A stretch of DNA of 64,000 bases, from NCBI RefSeq assembly GCF_006345805.1, contig NC_042997.1:102176001-102240000 (forward strand). The letters run 5' to 3'. The notes beneath the pieces are model-generated. The model was not told where the DNA came from, did not search any database, and worked only from the letters and a program-made list of their open reading frames with translations. This document shows, piece after piece, positions 12,373 through 24,806 of the stretch (position 1 is its first letter; each line of letters begins with the position of its first letter). This DNA is from Octopus sinensis. Lineage: Eukaryota. Made by a program: the position numbers and the translations under genes.

Positions 12373-13039
12373 CGTTCTAGATGAAAATTTTTAAATATTT
12401 CTTGAATTTAAACACTTTATAGCTTACATACGGTAAACAAGTAAAGTGGAATTTCATTTATTTCAACCAAAATAAAAATCAACAAGCTACAATAGACCAA
12501 ACTTGGGTATTCATCTCAACTATATTTCTTAACTTTCCCATTTTCGAACACTATAAACTCCTTTTTAAAAGAAATGATAATGCCTCGATAATATACATTC
12601 TAATCGATCCACATGCATTCATTTAAGAATAAGCTTTCGTCCTTCATATGATTTAGACAACATACATAATGTCTAGTGGATGACAAATTACGCTTAATGA
12701 GCTTTTTAGAATATTTTACCAATCCCTAGAAAAATAACGTTGCAGACATTACAAGTGCATTTGTGCCATTTGGCTTAATCGGGCATGACTAAACGAGACA
12801 TTTCGAATATATCTCATAGTTTATCTTTCCTTCAGTTAAATACAGCATAACATTAGCCAATATCGTCCTGCCTGCACTCTGTCTTGGTAAAAGATGTGAT
12901 GGCCACTGCTTGAAAACTGTTGGCCACGTTTGCACACTGTCGGGGCTTGTCAGAGGCTAAACAACGATAAATTTGAAAAACTACTCCGGTAATTTATTCA
13001 TACCACCTTAATAAATAATTTAATGCTCACATAGGCAAG

Positions 13040-13511
13040 GGATCTTTTCGGTTTGAACGGCAGTTTTTAACATAATTTCTAACCCTAAATCTATAACACC
13101 GCTAGAAAAAACGGCAGGTTTTTCTAGCGGTGTCATATGAAATGATAACCCATAATTATGACCCTAGAATCGATCTATTGCATTTCAATCTATTTTAGAT
13201 TTAGGGTTAGTTAGGGTTAGGGGTAGGGGTGGGGGAAGGGTATCTTTTTTTCTTCACAAATGTAAATAAACCCAATCTGTTTCTTAAACGAGGGACATAT
13301 TCATACGGCACAGAATGCTTTCACCTCAATAGACGGTTATTGATTGGTTTAAACTGCCGAAATGCAAGAAATTAAAGACCAAATATCTTACAAACTATAG
13401 AATTTTCTCAATAAAGCCAAGAGAAAAAGATGTTTTATAAACACATTCTACCAGTATACGAAGTTTAAAATATTTCAGTTACCTAGAAATTATGTTAAAA
13501 ACTGCCGTTCA
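13040..13511. mobile_element. Non-autonomous TIR element with TTAGGG-like internal tract, preceded by an inverted mosaic copy
   Basis: 28-bp inverted repeat 13054-13081/13484-13511; further stems 13079-13093/13196-13210 and 13096-13110/13119-13133. Confidence 0.75.
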
Positions 13512-13514
13512 TGG

Positions 13515-13697
13515 TATTATTTTTTATCTTTTTCTTGTTTAAGTCATCAGACTGCCGCTATGCTGGGGTACCAGCTTGAAGAATTTTTAGAGGAATGAAT
13601 CGACCCCAGTACATTTTTTTTTTTTAACGCTTGATACTTATTCTGCAGGGGATTCTTGCAGAACCGCTAAGTTACGGGTACGTAAACACTCCAACGC
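13515..13697 (-). mobile_element. SINE family B, 3' part
   Basis: Reverse complement of the family B 3' region (…CGTAACTTAGCGGTTC…CCCCAGCATAGCGGCAGTC…AAACAAG). Confidence 0.8.
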
Positions 13698-14350
13698 CTT
13701 GTGCGTGGATTTGGTAGACGGAAACTGAAAGAAGCCTGTTTAAGCGGCGAACTGGCAGAAACGTTAGTCCGCTGGGCGAAATGTTTAGCGGTATTTCGTC
13801 TGCTGTTACGTTCTGAGTTCAAATTCCGCCGAGGTCGACTTTGCCTTTCATTCTTTAGGGATCGATAAATTAAGTACCAGTTACGCACTGGGGTCGATGT
13901 AATCGACTTAATCCGTTTATCTGACCTTGTTTGTCCCTTCTGTGTTTAGCCCCTTGTGGATAGTAAAGAAATAGGTATTTCATCTGCCGTTACGTTCTGA
14001 GTTCAAATTCCGCCGAGGTCGACTTTGCCTTTCATTCTTTAGGGGTCGATAAATTAAATACCAGGTAATCGACTTGTCTGTCCTTGTTTGTTCCCTCTAT
14101 GTTTAGCCCCTTGTGGGCAATAAAGATATAGGAAACTGAAAGAAGCCTGTCTTGTGTCTGTCCCCCACCACCACTTGACAACCGGTATTGGTGTGTTTAC
14201 GCCCCCGTAACTTAGTGGTTCGGCAAAAGAGAACGATTAAATAAGTACCAGGCATTAAAAAAGTAGTGCGGTCGATTCATTCGACTAAAAAGTTCTTCAC
14301 GGCGGTGCCCCAGCATGGACGTGGTCAAATGACTCAGACAAGTAAAAGAA
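13698..14350 (+). mobile_element. SINE family B interrupted by a family A dimer
   Basis: GTGGATTTGGTAGACGGAAACTGAAAGAAGCC body resumes at 14131 and ends in GACTCAGACAAGTAAAAGA. Confidence 0.85.
13740..14130 (+). mobile_element. SINE family A dimer with perfect 20-bp TSD
   Basis: ggaaactgaaagaagcctgt at 13720-13739 and 14131-14150; two B boxes and two tails. Confidence 0.92.
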
Positions 14351-15231
14351 AAGGTAAATTATATAGTCGACTAAGAATTAGCCATCTCTTAATCGTTCTG
14401 TTATCTAACAACCGATTTTAATAGCCAGTGCAAAACCGATTGGTAAAATCGGCTGTAATGGCTTTGATTTATGCTTGTGCGTGTGTGTGTGTGTGTGTGT
14501 GTGGTGTGTGTGTGTGTGTGTGTGTGTAATATTATATAGCGAAAAAAAGTTTAAGAAGTTACTTTCACCGTGTTTCAGTATCCTGTTAATCCCCAATTCA
14601 AAAAGTTACTTTTACATTTTGAACCAAATCTCAGAACCACCTAATCTGTATGTGGGAGGGGCGTACGTTTGTGTGAGTATGTTGCTGTGTGTATACATAT
14701 ACATATATGTGTATATACATACACACTTTTATCTCTGTCTATATCTCTCTCTCTCTCAAGCGCACACAAACCTACCTAACGTATCCTACACGAGAGCTAG
14801 GCATGACATATATATACATTTATTCTTGTTACAGACATTACCAAATTTTTGAGATTCCCTTATAAAGATGAAAGCAAGAAATATAACACTCAAGAGTTAG
14901 TCTATATAGCATGTTTTTACCTCACTTATGTTCCAGGGTAATTTACCAATGCCAACAGCATTGATGGCTTGACTATTAGGTTTCTGTGCAACGAAACGGA
15001 TACAAAAAAAACCATCTATTTATATCGGAAGACATGTCTATTTGTCTTGGCATGTAGCTCAGATTTACGCTCGAATACTTTTCTCTATGTTGGTATAATA
15101 AAAAAATTTAATGAGCCAGTTTCTAAATTTGTATCGTATATATACAGCCTGACAAATAGATATCATTTGACAAAAGTTATCTATATGACTGAATTACTAA
15201 AACTTCATATCAAAACGTATCTTTTAACTGT

Positions 15232-15414
15232 TATCTCTTGCTTTTTCTAGCCGTTGGACTGCAGCCATACTGGGGCACCGCCTTGAAGAATTTTTTAGTC
15301 GAACAAATCAACCCAAGTATTTATTCTTTCGACTTTTTGCCGAACCTCTAAACTACGGGGACGTAAACATACCGACACCGGCTGTCAAGTGGTGGTGGGT
15401 GGGGAACAAACAAA

Positions 15415-15448
<34 letters not shown>

Positions 15449-15605
15449 ACAGGCTACTTTCAGTTCTCGTCTGCCAAACTCACTCACAAGGCTTTGGTCG
15501 GCCCGACGCTATAGTTGAAGACACTTGCCAAAAGTGTCACGCTGTGGGACTGAACCCGGAACCATGTGGTCGGGAAGCAAACTTCTTACCACACAGCCAT
15601 GCCTG
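15232..15605 (-). mobile_element. SINE family B, near full length
   Basis: Minus strand CAGGCATGGCTGTGTGGTAAGAAG head, GGTTCAGTCCC B box, GGCAAGTGTCTT CORE/V-like motif, internal (TG)n. Confidence 0.88.
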
Positions 15606-16047
15606 ATAAAAAAAAAGGAAAGGAAAAGAAAAACGATAATGTGTATGATACGATAAACTTGTTTCACTGAGCATAGACTGACTGGAAATCAATCTCTCGA
15701 TTTCTGTTTGAAGCTTTGTTTAAATTTGAAGCTTAGTAAGCGAGAACAAGGTCTTACTCATTTCGAAGCTGTGACTGCAACCGGGACTGTCACTTACATA
15801 CGGGTTTCTCTAGTTTACCGTAGACACTGCTCTACCAAGAAGACCAAAACAAGACTTTACAGGAGCAGAGATCCGGTTTCGAGAAATTAACGAAGACCAC
15901 AACCTGTAACTATCTAACTTAGGATGGACTTAATTCCACTTTTTTATGAAGCGTACCCTTTTATCTATTTACTCATTTATTTATTTATTTATTTATTAGT
16001 TATATACTTTCGTGGCTGTGTTCAATAAATTTTTAAAGAAAAAAACA

Positions 16048-16346
16048 TTGTGAGTGGATTTGGTAGATGGAAACTGAAAGAAGCCCGTCGTATATATGCA
16101 TATATATGCGTGTGTGTGTTTGTGTGCCTGTGCTTGTTCCCCTAGCATTGCTTGACAACCGATGCTGGTGTGTTTATGTCCCCGTTACTTAGCGGTTCGG
16201 CAAAAGAGACCGATAGAATAAGTACTGGGCTTACAAAAGAATAAGTCCCGGGGTCGAGTTGCTCGATTAAAGGCGGTGCTCCAGCATGGCCGCAGTCAAA
16301 TGACTGAAACAAGTAAAAGAGTAAAAGAGTAAAAGAGTAAAAGAGT
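16048..16346 (+). mobile_element. SINE family B, 5'-truncated, (AAAAGAGT)n tail
   Basis: Family B body and tandem tail repeat. Confidence 0.88.
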
Positions 16347-16574
16347 ATTAAGGGGACGATATAGTTAAATCAGATACTACGCTATATGATATATATTACG
16401 ACTCATTGTGGCTTAGTGAGTTTGTAATATGACGCCAGGTACGTGCAGATAGTAACACGTTCAGTATTCAAACTGCACAATCGATCAATTTATGATAATG
16501 AACACATTCTTTTGCTACGTGTGTGTGGGTGTGTTTCATTTAGTTTTGGTTTTATAGAGCGGATATAACAGACT

Positions 16575-19505
16575 AGGTTGTGTGGTTAAGAAGCTCACTT
16601 TGTAGTCATGTGGTTTGGGTTCAATCCCATTGTTCATCGGCAACTTGGGCAAGTGTCTTCTACTATATACTCGAGTCGACCGGTGCCTTGCGAGTGAATT
16701 TAGTAGACGGAAACTGTGTGGAACTCCATCGTATATGTCTTTGTGTGTGTGTGTGTGTCCTCACACTGTTTGTCGTCCCCGTAACATAACGGTTCAGCAA
16801 AAGAGACTGATATAAGACTTAACAATAAATAAGTACTGGGGTCGATGATTTCGACTAAAAATCCTTCTAGGAGGTGCTCCAGCGTGGCCGCAGTCCAGTG
16901 ATTGGAGCAAATATAAGATAAAAATAAGTAGGATGCCCAGCCTCGGTTTATAGCTAAAAGATGATGATCAGTAGCATCCGTGTTTCCTATGAAAGAAAGA
17001 CGGATATATATCTCAATGAGGATTGTGATTGTAGTCTGGTAGATAATGCAATTTTTATCCAGCGGATAACATCATTTTGAAAGTCTAATTTCTAAGAATA
17101 CGGAAATGGGCGTGTTAAAATAGACAGAAATAGGTGCAGTAATATGTTATAAAAGCAAGGCAGCGAACTGGCAGAAACGTTAGCACGACAGGCGAAATGC
17201 GTAGCCGTATTTCGTCTGCCGTTATGTTCTGAGTTCAAATTCCGCCGAGGTCGACTTTGTCTTTCATCCTTTCGGGGTCGATTAAATAAGTACCAGTTAC
17301 GCACTGGGGTCGATATAATCGACTTAATCCGGTTGTCCTTGTTTGTCCTCTCTGTATTTAGCCCCCTTGTGGGTAGTAAAGAAATAGGTATTTCATCTGT
17401 CTTTACTTTCTGAGTTCAAATTCCGTCGAGGTCGACTTTACCTTTCATTTGGAGTCGATAAATTAAGTACCAGTCGCGTACTGGGTAAATCTAATCGACT
17501 GCCCCCACCCCAAAAAAAATTTCGGGCCTTGTGCCTGGAGTAGAAAAGAATCGTTATCACCCTACGCAAAATGCTTAGCGGCATTTCGTCTGTTTTCATG
17601 TTCGGAGTTCAAATTCTGCCGCAGCCAGCTATGCTTTTTTTCATCCTTTTGAGGTTGATAAAATAAGTACCAGTTGAACACTGGGGTCGATGTAATCGAC
17701 TTACCTCTTTCCCGGAAATGCTGGCCTTGTGCCAAAAGTTTGATATTAGCTCAGGCATGGCGATTAAGAAGCTTGCTATCAAACCATATGATTTCGGGTT
17801 CAGTCTTACAACGCGGCGTTTTGAGCAAGTGTTTTCTACTATGGTCTCGAGCCGACCAATGCGTTGATAATATATTTAGTAGACAGTAACTATATGGAAA
17901 ATGTTCGTGTGTGTGTGTGTGTGTGGTTGTATTTGAGTATATATATAAGTTGGTTTGTTTACGTCTCTAACTTAGCCGTTCGGCAAAAGAGAGTACTACA
18001 AAATAAGTACCAAACTTTAAAAAAATAAGTTCCAAGGGAGATTTGTTTGTCTAAAACCCTTCGAGACGTTATCCTACAATGACTGAAACAAGTAAAAGAA
18101 AAAAAAGATAATAATGTAACTTATGTTATCATGACTAAAATCGATCCCTTAAAATTTCCCAGAAATATTTCTAGAAATAATAAATCCAAATAAGGCTCAG
18201 GTGTGACTGAGTGGTTAGAAGCTTGCTTCACAATCACATAGTTCCGGGTTCAGCTCCACTTCATGGCATCTTGGGCAAGTGTATTCTACTATAGTCTCAG
18301 ACCGACCAGAAACTGTAAGAAGCCAGTCGTGTGTGTGTGTATGTCTGTGTCTTCCACCACTACTTGACAACCTGTGTTGGTGTGTTTACGTTCCCGTAAC
18401 TTAACGGCTTGACAGAATAAGCACCAGGCTTTTAAAAAAAGGTACTGGGGTCGATTCATTCGATTAAAAGTTATTCAAGGTGATGCTCCAGCATGACAGC
18501 AGTCTAATGAGCGAAACAAGTAAAAGATAAAGGCAGCGTGGAGGAATGAATTATCATGGGATTATAGTACCTTAAAATACATAAGAGGAATTATGGTTCT
18601 GGAGCCATTCGGACATGAATCAGCAGATTTATCTTCTGAAGTGATTCAGTTTTGACCATTCCGTATTTTTTCAGACAGTAAATATGAGAACACGTAATCA
18701 AAGTCTCTTTCGTTTTGAAGACAAGAGGGTGTGACTCAACTCTAATTCCCACAGGTCGGGCAACTACTTATAGATTTCTTAGTTGGCTTCAGGACTTGCT
18801 GTAGATGTCGGGCCTCATTTTCATGACTAATTTCCTCTGGCAGCTTGTAGCAATAATAGCTTTAATTTAATATACGATCACTGCTTAGTTATCCGTTTAC
18901 ATTTTGGCTTTTGCTTTAAAATACCAGACCTTATTATTTTTTGTTTATTAGTTTTTGGCTATATCACCAAGTCAGTGAAACAGATGCCGGATTGCAGGCG
19001 CAGGCGTGGCTGTGAGGTAAGATGTTTGCTTCCCAAACATATGGTTCTAAGTTCAGTCTCACAACATTGCACCTTGCTCAAGTATCTTTACTATGGCACT
19101 AGGCCGAGTAAAGCCTTGTAAGTGGATTTGGTGGACGGAAGCTCAAAAAAGTGCGTTGTATATATATGTGTGTGTGGGGAGGGTCTATCTGTCTGTGTCT
19201 GTATGTGTGTGTTTGTGGATATATACATACATACGTACGTATGTATGTATGTGTGTTTGTGTGTGGCTGTTTGTGTGTGTGTACGTGTGTGTGTTTGTTT
19301 CTGTATGTTTGTGTCTGTCACCCACTACCGCATAATAATCGATGTTGGCCTGTATACGTTCCTGTAACTTAGCAGTTAGGCAAAAGGGCGATAGAATGAG
19401 TACCAGGCTTAAAAGATAAGTGCTGTTGTTGATTTGTTCGACTAAACTCTTCAAAACGGTGCCCCAGAATGGTCACAGTCTGAAACAAGTAAAATATAAA
19501 AGAAC
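16575..19505 (+). mobile_element. Four + strand SINE family B copies (about 16575-16928, 17750-18110, 18193-18531, 18997-19505)
   Basis: Each has a tRNA-like head, an (G/A)GCAAGTGT-like motif, an internal (TG)-rich microsatellite and an A-rich tail of the AAACAAGTAAAA type. Confidence 0.85.
17157..17745 (+). mobile_element. SINE family A dimer followed by an older monomer
   Basis: Head at 17157; junction AAAGAAATAG|GTATTTC at about 17388; second unit carries the alternative CCCC…GGCCTTGTGCC tail. Confidence 0.85.
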
Positions 19506-19815
19506 GATTGGCTATATATTCTTTTGTACTCACTCTAGGCACAAGGCCCGAAGTTTTGGTGAAGCGGGCCAGTCCATTAAATCGACCCCAGTACGCAACT
19601 GGTACTTAATTTATTGACCCCGAAATGATGAAAGGCAAAGTCGACTTCGGCTGAATTTGAACTCAGAACGTAAAGATAGATGAAATACGATTGGCAATAT
19701 ATCATCAAATCAAAGAAAGTGATGCCAGCTTATTAGTCACTGGATTTGATAGCACAAATGACACTTTTTTCCTCTAAAAAAAAGTATCTCTGAACCTCAC
19801 CCTGGATCCAACAAA

Positions 19816-20865
19816 CCTGGGCTGAAAATTTCATAGGCTGATTATGAAGGTGTGATGCTAGAGCTGTGGAATTTTACATGCATTAACTCCAACCATTCTT
19901 ATTAATAATGGCATTGATTCTTTCCAGATGAACTGACATCTGACTGTTTAAAGACTTCAAAAGTAAGTAGAAGCAACATCTCTTGAAAAATTGACAAAAT
20001 TTGGCATCGTGGTGTTATCAAGTTCCTACAGAAAAATGGTTTAGCCTCCAAGGACATTCATACTGACATGGTTGCTACTTTAGGGGATGACAATCCTGCT
20101 TTATTAGCAGTGTAAAAGTGGGTAGCTGAATTAGAAGTGAAGGTCTTGAAGATGATCCAAGGTCTAGATATCCTACAACTGTCACCATCACGGAGAACAC
20201 TGATCGCGTTCACCATATGGTGATGGATGACAGGCGATTGACTATAAATCAAATAGCCGATGTTATTAGCATATCTCATGAGAGACTTGAGAATATTCTG
20301 CACAATAAAGTTGGCATGATGAAGGTTTCTGCTCGGTAGGTGCTACGTTTTCTGACACCTGATCAAAAACGCACCAGGCTGATCCCATCACTGATCGAAT
20401 CTGAACAGTTTGAGGCAGTTCCTGCTGGTTTACGTGAACGTTTCCTATCACAGGTTGAGTGATGAGTTCATCACTTTGAAACAGAGACAAAGAGACAATC
20501 CATACAATGGAAACACCCCTCTGCTCCGAAAAAGGTGAAGGTCATTGAATCTACAGGGAAGGTGATGGCTTCAGTTTTGGGGGATGCAAAAGCATTGTGC
20601 TTATTGACTATCTTCAAATGGGCCACACCATCAATGGAGAGTTCTATACCAACTCGCTGACGCACTCACGAAAGGTGATCACTGACAAAAGAGGTATTTC
20701 ATCAGGACAATGTTCCGGCACACAAGTCCTTGGTTTCAATGGCTACTGCATATGACTGTGGCTTTGAACTGGTTAAACCACCCACTCTGTTCTCTTGATT
20801 TGGCTCTATCTGACGTCATCTGTTCGCTAACATGAAAAAAGAAAAAAGCATTTGGCTGGGAACCA
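19816..20865 (+). mobile_element. mariner (DD34D, irritans-like) transposase pseudogene, 3' end lost
   Basis: DKIWHRGVIKFL…DIHTDMVATLGD, EDDPRS, DRRLTINQIA, GMMKVSAR*V (WVPR motif), ETETKRQSIQW, GKVMASV, HQDNVPAHKS. Confidence 0.9.
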
Positions 20866-20869
20866 GCCA

Positions 20870-22716
20870 AATGAGGATGGGGGTGGTAGTGTTTGTGGAA
20901 TGATGGGTGTGTCAACAAGTGACAAAAATGTTTCGAAAAAGGCTTTTTTTACTCTGTCGATAGAGACAGTCTCATTTTTTTTCCGTGAATGTCCATAGTG
21001 AACAGTTTCGGTGTGCTTCTAAGAACGCGAAAGGGTCCAGAGTAGGGAGGTGTAAGTGGTCACTTGACGGCATCATTTCTTACAAACGCGTGGGTCCAAG
21101 TAGAAATATCCGGAGGTACTAGAAGAAATAGACTGGTCGCGAGGTAGCAAAGAATGAGTCGCGTGACGTAAGATGTGGGGTCTGCATTCGGTAAGTCGAC
21201 GGGCGCCAACATTTATCCAAAAAGTGCTAAGGTGGTGCCATACAGGAGCTCAGCGAAGGAGTAGCCTAAATCTTCCTTGACAGCTGAGCGGCACCCTAGC
21301 AAGACAATGGGGAGAAACTAGGACCAACGTTGAGGATCAGGAGCCGCGCGAATAGCGGATTTAAGCTGGCGACGGAATCGTTCCACCATACCTTTCGCAG
21401 CGGAATGGTAACTTGTGTAGATGAGCTAAACTCCGAGCAATCTCGAAAGCTCACGGAACAGACAAGCTTCAAATTGGTGTCCATGATCAGTAGTAATTCT
21501 AGAGGGTACTCCGAAGCGAGATATCCACCCGGGGATGAGTGCTCTGGCGATTGTTTCTGCGGAAGTGCCCACGAGGCCATCTGGAGAAACGGTCGATGCA
21601 GGTTAATATATAAGTAAATCCGAAACTGATCAGCCAAGGACCAACCTGGTCGATGTGTATCTGATGGAGCCTGGTGTCCGGTGGCTGGAGACGAACGGCG
21701 CGGTCGGTAAAAAACTGGAGGTCCCTTAGTCATGATGAAATGTCTCGTGAAATGGGCTGGATTTGACGGATGAAATGACAAATCAGTCAACGGGGGAGAC
21801 AACTGACGTGCCCAGCGCCACCCTACGTAGTTTCCTTGAGAATAGTAAGAGCAGGGCTGTGTACACTTTTCGGCCTGGTCCTTAAACTTCCTATGGTACC
21901 AGCAAGTTGATGAAGCAGGAAGTGTGCGTCCGCGCGAGGAAGGGTGGCACCGGGTCCTCCCTGCAGAATAGTTCCGTGAAGACAAACGATCCCTGCACAT
22001 GCGTGCAACTTGACGTGTCAGTTCTCCAATGGCCTGTAAGATTTCAGAGGATTGCGTGTCGTCCGGAGCAGAAGTACAAGCTCGAGAGGAGGACGAAGAC
22101 GCGCATTGAAGCAAAGAAAAAGGGCTCATCTTGGACGATAATAGGAAACGGAACGCCATGAAGAACAAGCTGGTCGAAAGAAACGCCGTCGAAACACCCT
22201 GGTTGAAAGAAGACACGACGAGCATTGAACTAGGAATTTTTTTTCAATAGTAGAGGATGAAATAAAAGTCCTTGCTAACGGATGAAGAGCAAAACAATGG
22301 CCAAGAAGTGGATAATCCGGATAGGATTGAGAGAAAGAAACTCATACCTGGCACGTAGGAAAAATTGTTATCCATGTAAATTCTGGAGAAAATTCTGGAT
22401 AATTTTTTTTTTTACATGCAAGAAGAAATTCCCCTGGGACGTTGTGTCTTCAAAGGATCAAGTTGTAAATTCAGTTACAACACGTGGAAAAAATCCATGT
22501 GCAGTTTCCTGCTTGAAAACGGCGCCAAAATTTTCTGGTGAGGAAGACAATATGGCGACGGGAGAGATCAGTGGTATGTTCCTATACGACGAAAGGCGGT
22601 CTGGTCGCGTAGACGAAGTCGAGAAGGTGTAAAAGGAACACGTATCTACTGGTCAGAATTTGTCCGGGATTCATCATTTTAGAAGAAATTGTGGTCTGTG
22701 CTGCGTCAGGTCACCA
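20870..22716 (-). mobile_element. Gypsy LTR retrotransposon remnant, CsRn1-like clade; gag end fused to integrase (protease, RT and RNase H deleted)
   Basis: Gag CWYHRKF…KCTQPC (CHCC knuckle); HFIMTKGPPVFYRPRR; integrase motifs HIDLVGP, GMVERFRRQLKSAI, GPFRVL, VSIDRVK; PBS TGGTGACCTGACG at 22716-22704 matches the tRNA-Trp 3' end. Confidence 0.88.
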
Positions 22717-22718
22717 TT

Positions 22719-23124
22719 TTAGGTAGTCTTGTTCTACGCCGGGTTTGAATAAGGGTTGTGGAACCATCTAGATATGACTCTACTCAGAAGGCTGTAATAT
22801 CATTTGATAGGAACACGGTACAAACAAATACATAGAACAAGTCTGCAACCTCAAATACCTTTAATGTCGGCCTCACATATATATACAAGCTGAATGATAC
22901 ATGGAAATGATTTGATGCATGGAGGCCATAATCCTCTTCTATGCGTTACCTCTTGTCTGCTAGTCGCTGCGTATCGTAAGAGAACCAGTTAGGTCACGTC
23001 TTCACAGTCTGCGTCTCGATGCAAAAGAGAGGAAGGGTTGAGTGTCTGAACCTTAATGTTGTATGTGCCCGTTATTGGCCAGCTAATTAGGCAGCCACCG
23101 TCAGGGTAGGAAACTGCGCCAACA
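22719..23124 (-). mobile_element. Probable 5' LTR of the Gypsy element
   Basis: Begins TGTTGG on the minus strand, contains TATATATA followed by ATTAAA, and abuts the PBS; no second LTR present to confirm the boundary. Confidence 0.55.
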
Positions 23125-23345
23125 AGCTGAACCTTCTCTCAGCTGAAATACATTTTCAGTTGAGCCGACTGGTGTAACGTAAAATGAAGTGTCTTACTTA
23201 AGAGCACAACACGTTGCCCGGTTCATACATACATACATACATACATACATACATACCTACATACCTACATACATACATACATACATACATACATACATAC
23301 ATACATACATACATACATACATACATACATACATACATACATACA

Positions 23346-23593
23346 TACTCTACCTAAGAAGAGATAAAGAAGGTAGAGGCTTGAAATCAGTGCAGGCAGC
23401 CTTCGAATGTCGTATAGCCTGTCTCAGACAGCACTTGCTAAACAACAGCAGCAAAAATAAATATATTAACTTAGTGCTGAAAAGTGAAGAGTACAATCCC
23501 AAAACAGCCAGTGTAACATACATCAACGAAGACCACCTGGATGTAAAAGCTCAGCATAACAAAATAACGACCAAGCATGGTTATGTTTACTGA
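23346..23593 (+). mobile_element. R4/NeSL-type (RLE) LINE fragment
   Basis: LYLRRDKEGRGLKSV…KHGY resembles the RLYLPRKEGGRGL…HG post-RT motifs. Confidence 0.7.
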
Positions 23594-24114
23594 GGTCTTG
23601 AAGACAGTAAGATCGAGATGAAGCGAAACCTCTCTTGAACTCGTTACCATACAAACTTGAAGTCGAAATTTAATTTTGTTACCTTTTAAGAAATCGAAAC
23701 CCTGATAATAAAATAACCGGTCTGAAAAGTTAATATATTCGCTGTAAGCTGTAAAACGCCCCAGATTCCTCTGAAGTTTAGTTTTGTACCAATAATCATA
23801 CAATATGTATAGAGAATATTTATTTGTAAACACCAATTTGAAGAAAGTAGTTATATCAACGAAAATTTGTCTGTGCTCAACTCTGTCTATTCTTTGTGTT
23901 CTAAGCACCTGTGAAATTATATAAAATGAAAATTTTATTATTGAATAACATGAACTGGCGCCAGGCATTGATTCAAAAGCACTAAACAGGCGAATTTCTA
24001 AATTCTGAAAAATAACCTTTCAAACAAAATTATTGATGTGAAAATAATAGATGAATCGACATCATTTTCTGAGTAGAAATTCCATAATTGCCTAGATACA
24101 TAAATATGTTTGTA

Positions 24115-24488
24115 AACATGGCTGTGTAGAAAGAAGTTTTCTTCCCAACCATATAGCTTCAGGTTCAGTCCCGCTCCTTGGCCTCTTGGGCAGGTGTTTT
24201 CTACAATAGCCCCTGGTCGAATGCCTTGTGAGTGGATATGATAGACGGAAAATGAATGAAGACCGTCATGCGTTTTGTGTGTGTGTGTGTGTGTGTGTGT
24301 TCTCATATCCATTGACGACCGGTTGGTTTTTTTACGTCCCAATAACTCAACGAATGGGTAAAATTGACGGATAAAATATCAGCCTTTAAAAAATTAAGTA
24401 TTGGGGGCGATTTGTTCGACTAAAATCCTTCTAACCAGTGCTGCAGTATAGCCGCAGTTCAATGGCAGAAACAAGTAAAAGATAAAAG
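24115..24488 (+). mobile_element. SINE family B
   Basis: Head, B box GGTTCAGTCCC, (TG)n, tail GAAACAAGTAAAAGATAAAA. Confidence 0.85.
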
Positions 24489-24636
24489 GTATAGGTGTAT
24501 ATATATATAGGTATATATAGGTGTGTGAAGTTAGAAATGTGTTTAATATTTGCGCACTCAAAACATGTTGCTTCTTTAAGAAAATGATATGCGTTACAAA
24601 TAAAATAAATCGTAGTCGCTTTAAATGTACAATGAC

Positions 24637-24806
24637 CGGGGCCGTCTTGGCAGCATTATAGGCCTCCAGGCAAAATCAATACACTAGATCCTATAGTATT
24701 TATTTATTGACAGAAAGTCAGAGTATACATAGATCAGACTTTGGCCCCTAGGCTTTTGCGGTCTCCGAACAACCGCTCAGTGCACCCATGTCTTAAGATG
24801 ATGCTG
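24637..24806. mobile_element. Degenerate MITE of the CAGGGCCGTCTT-TIR type
   Basis: CGGGGCCGTCTT…TTAAGATGATGCTG termini with internal GGCCCCTAGGC. Confidence 0.4.

Noticed and set aside
13196-13235. TTAGGG repeats as an interstitial telomere
   Set aside because: Only a few interrupted units, internal to a TIR element.
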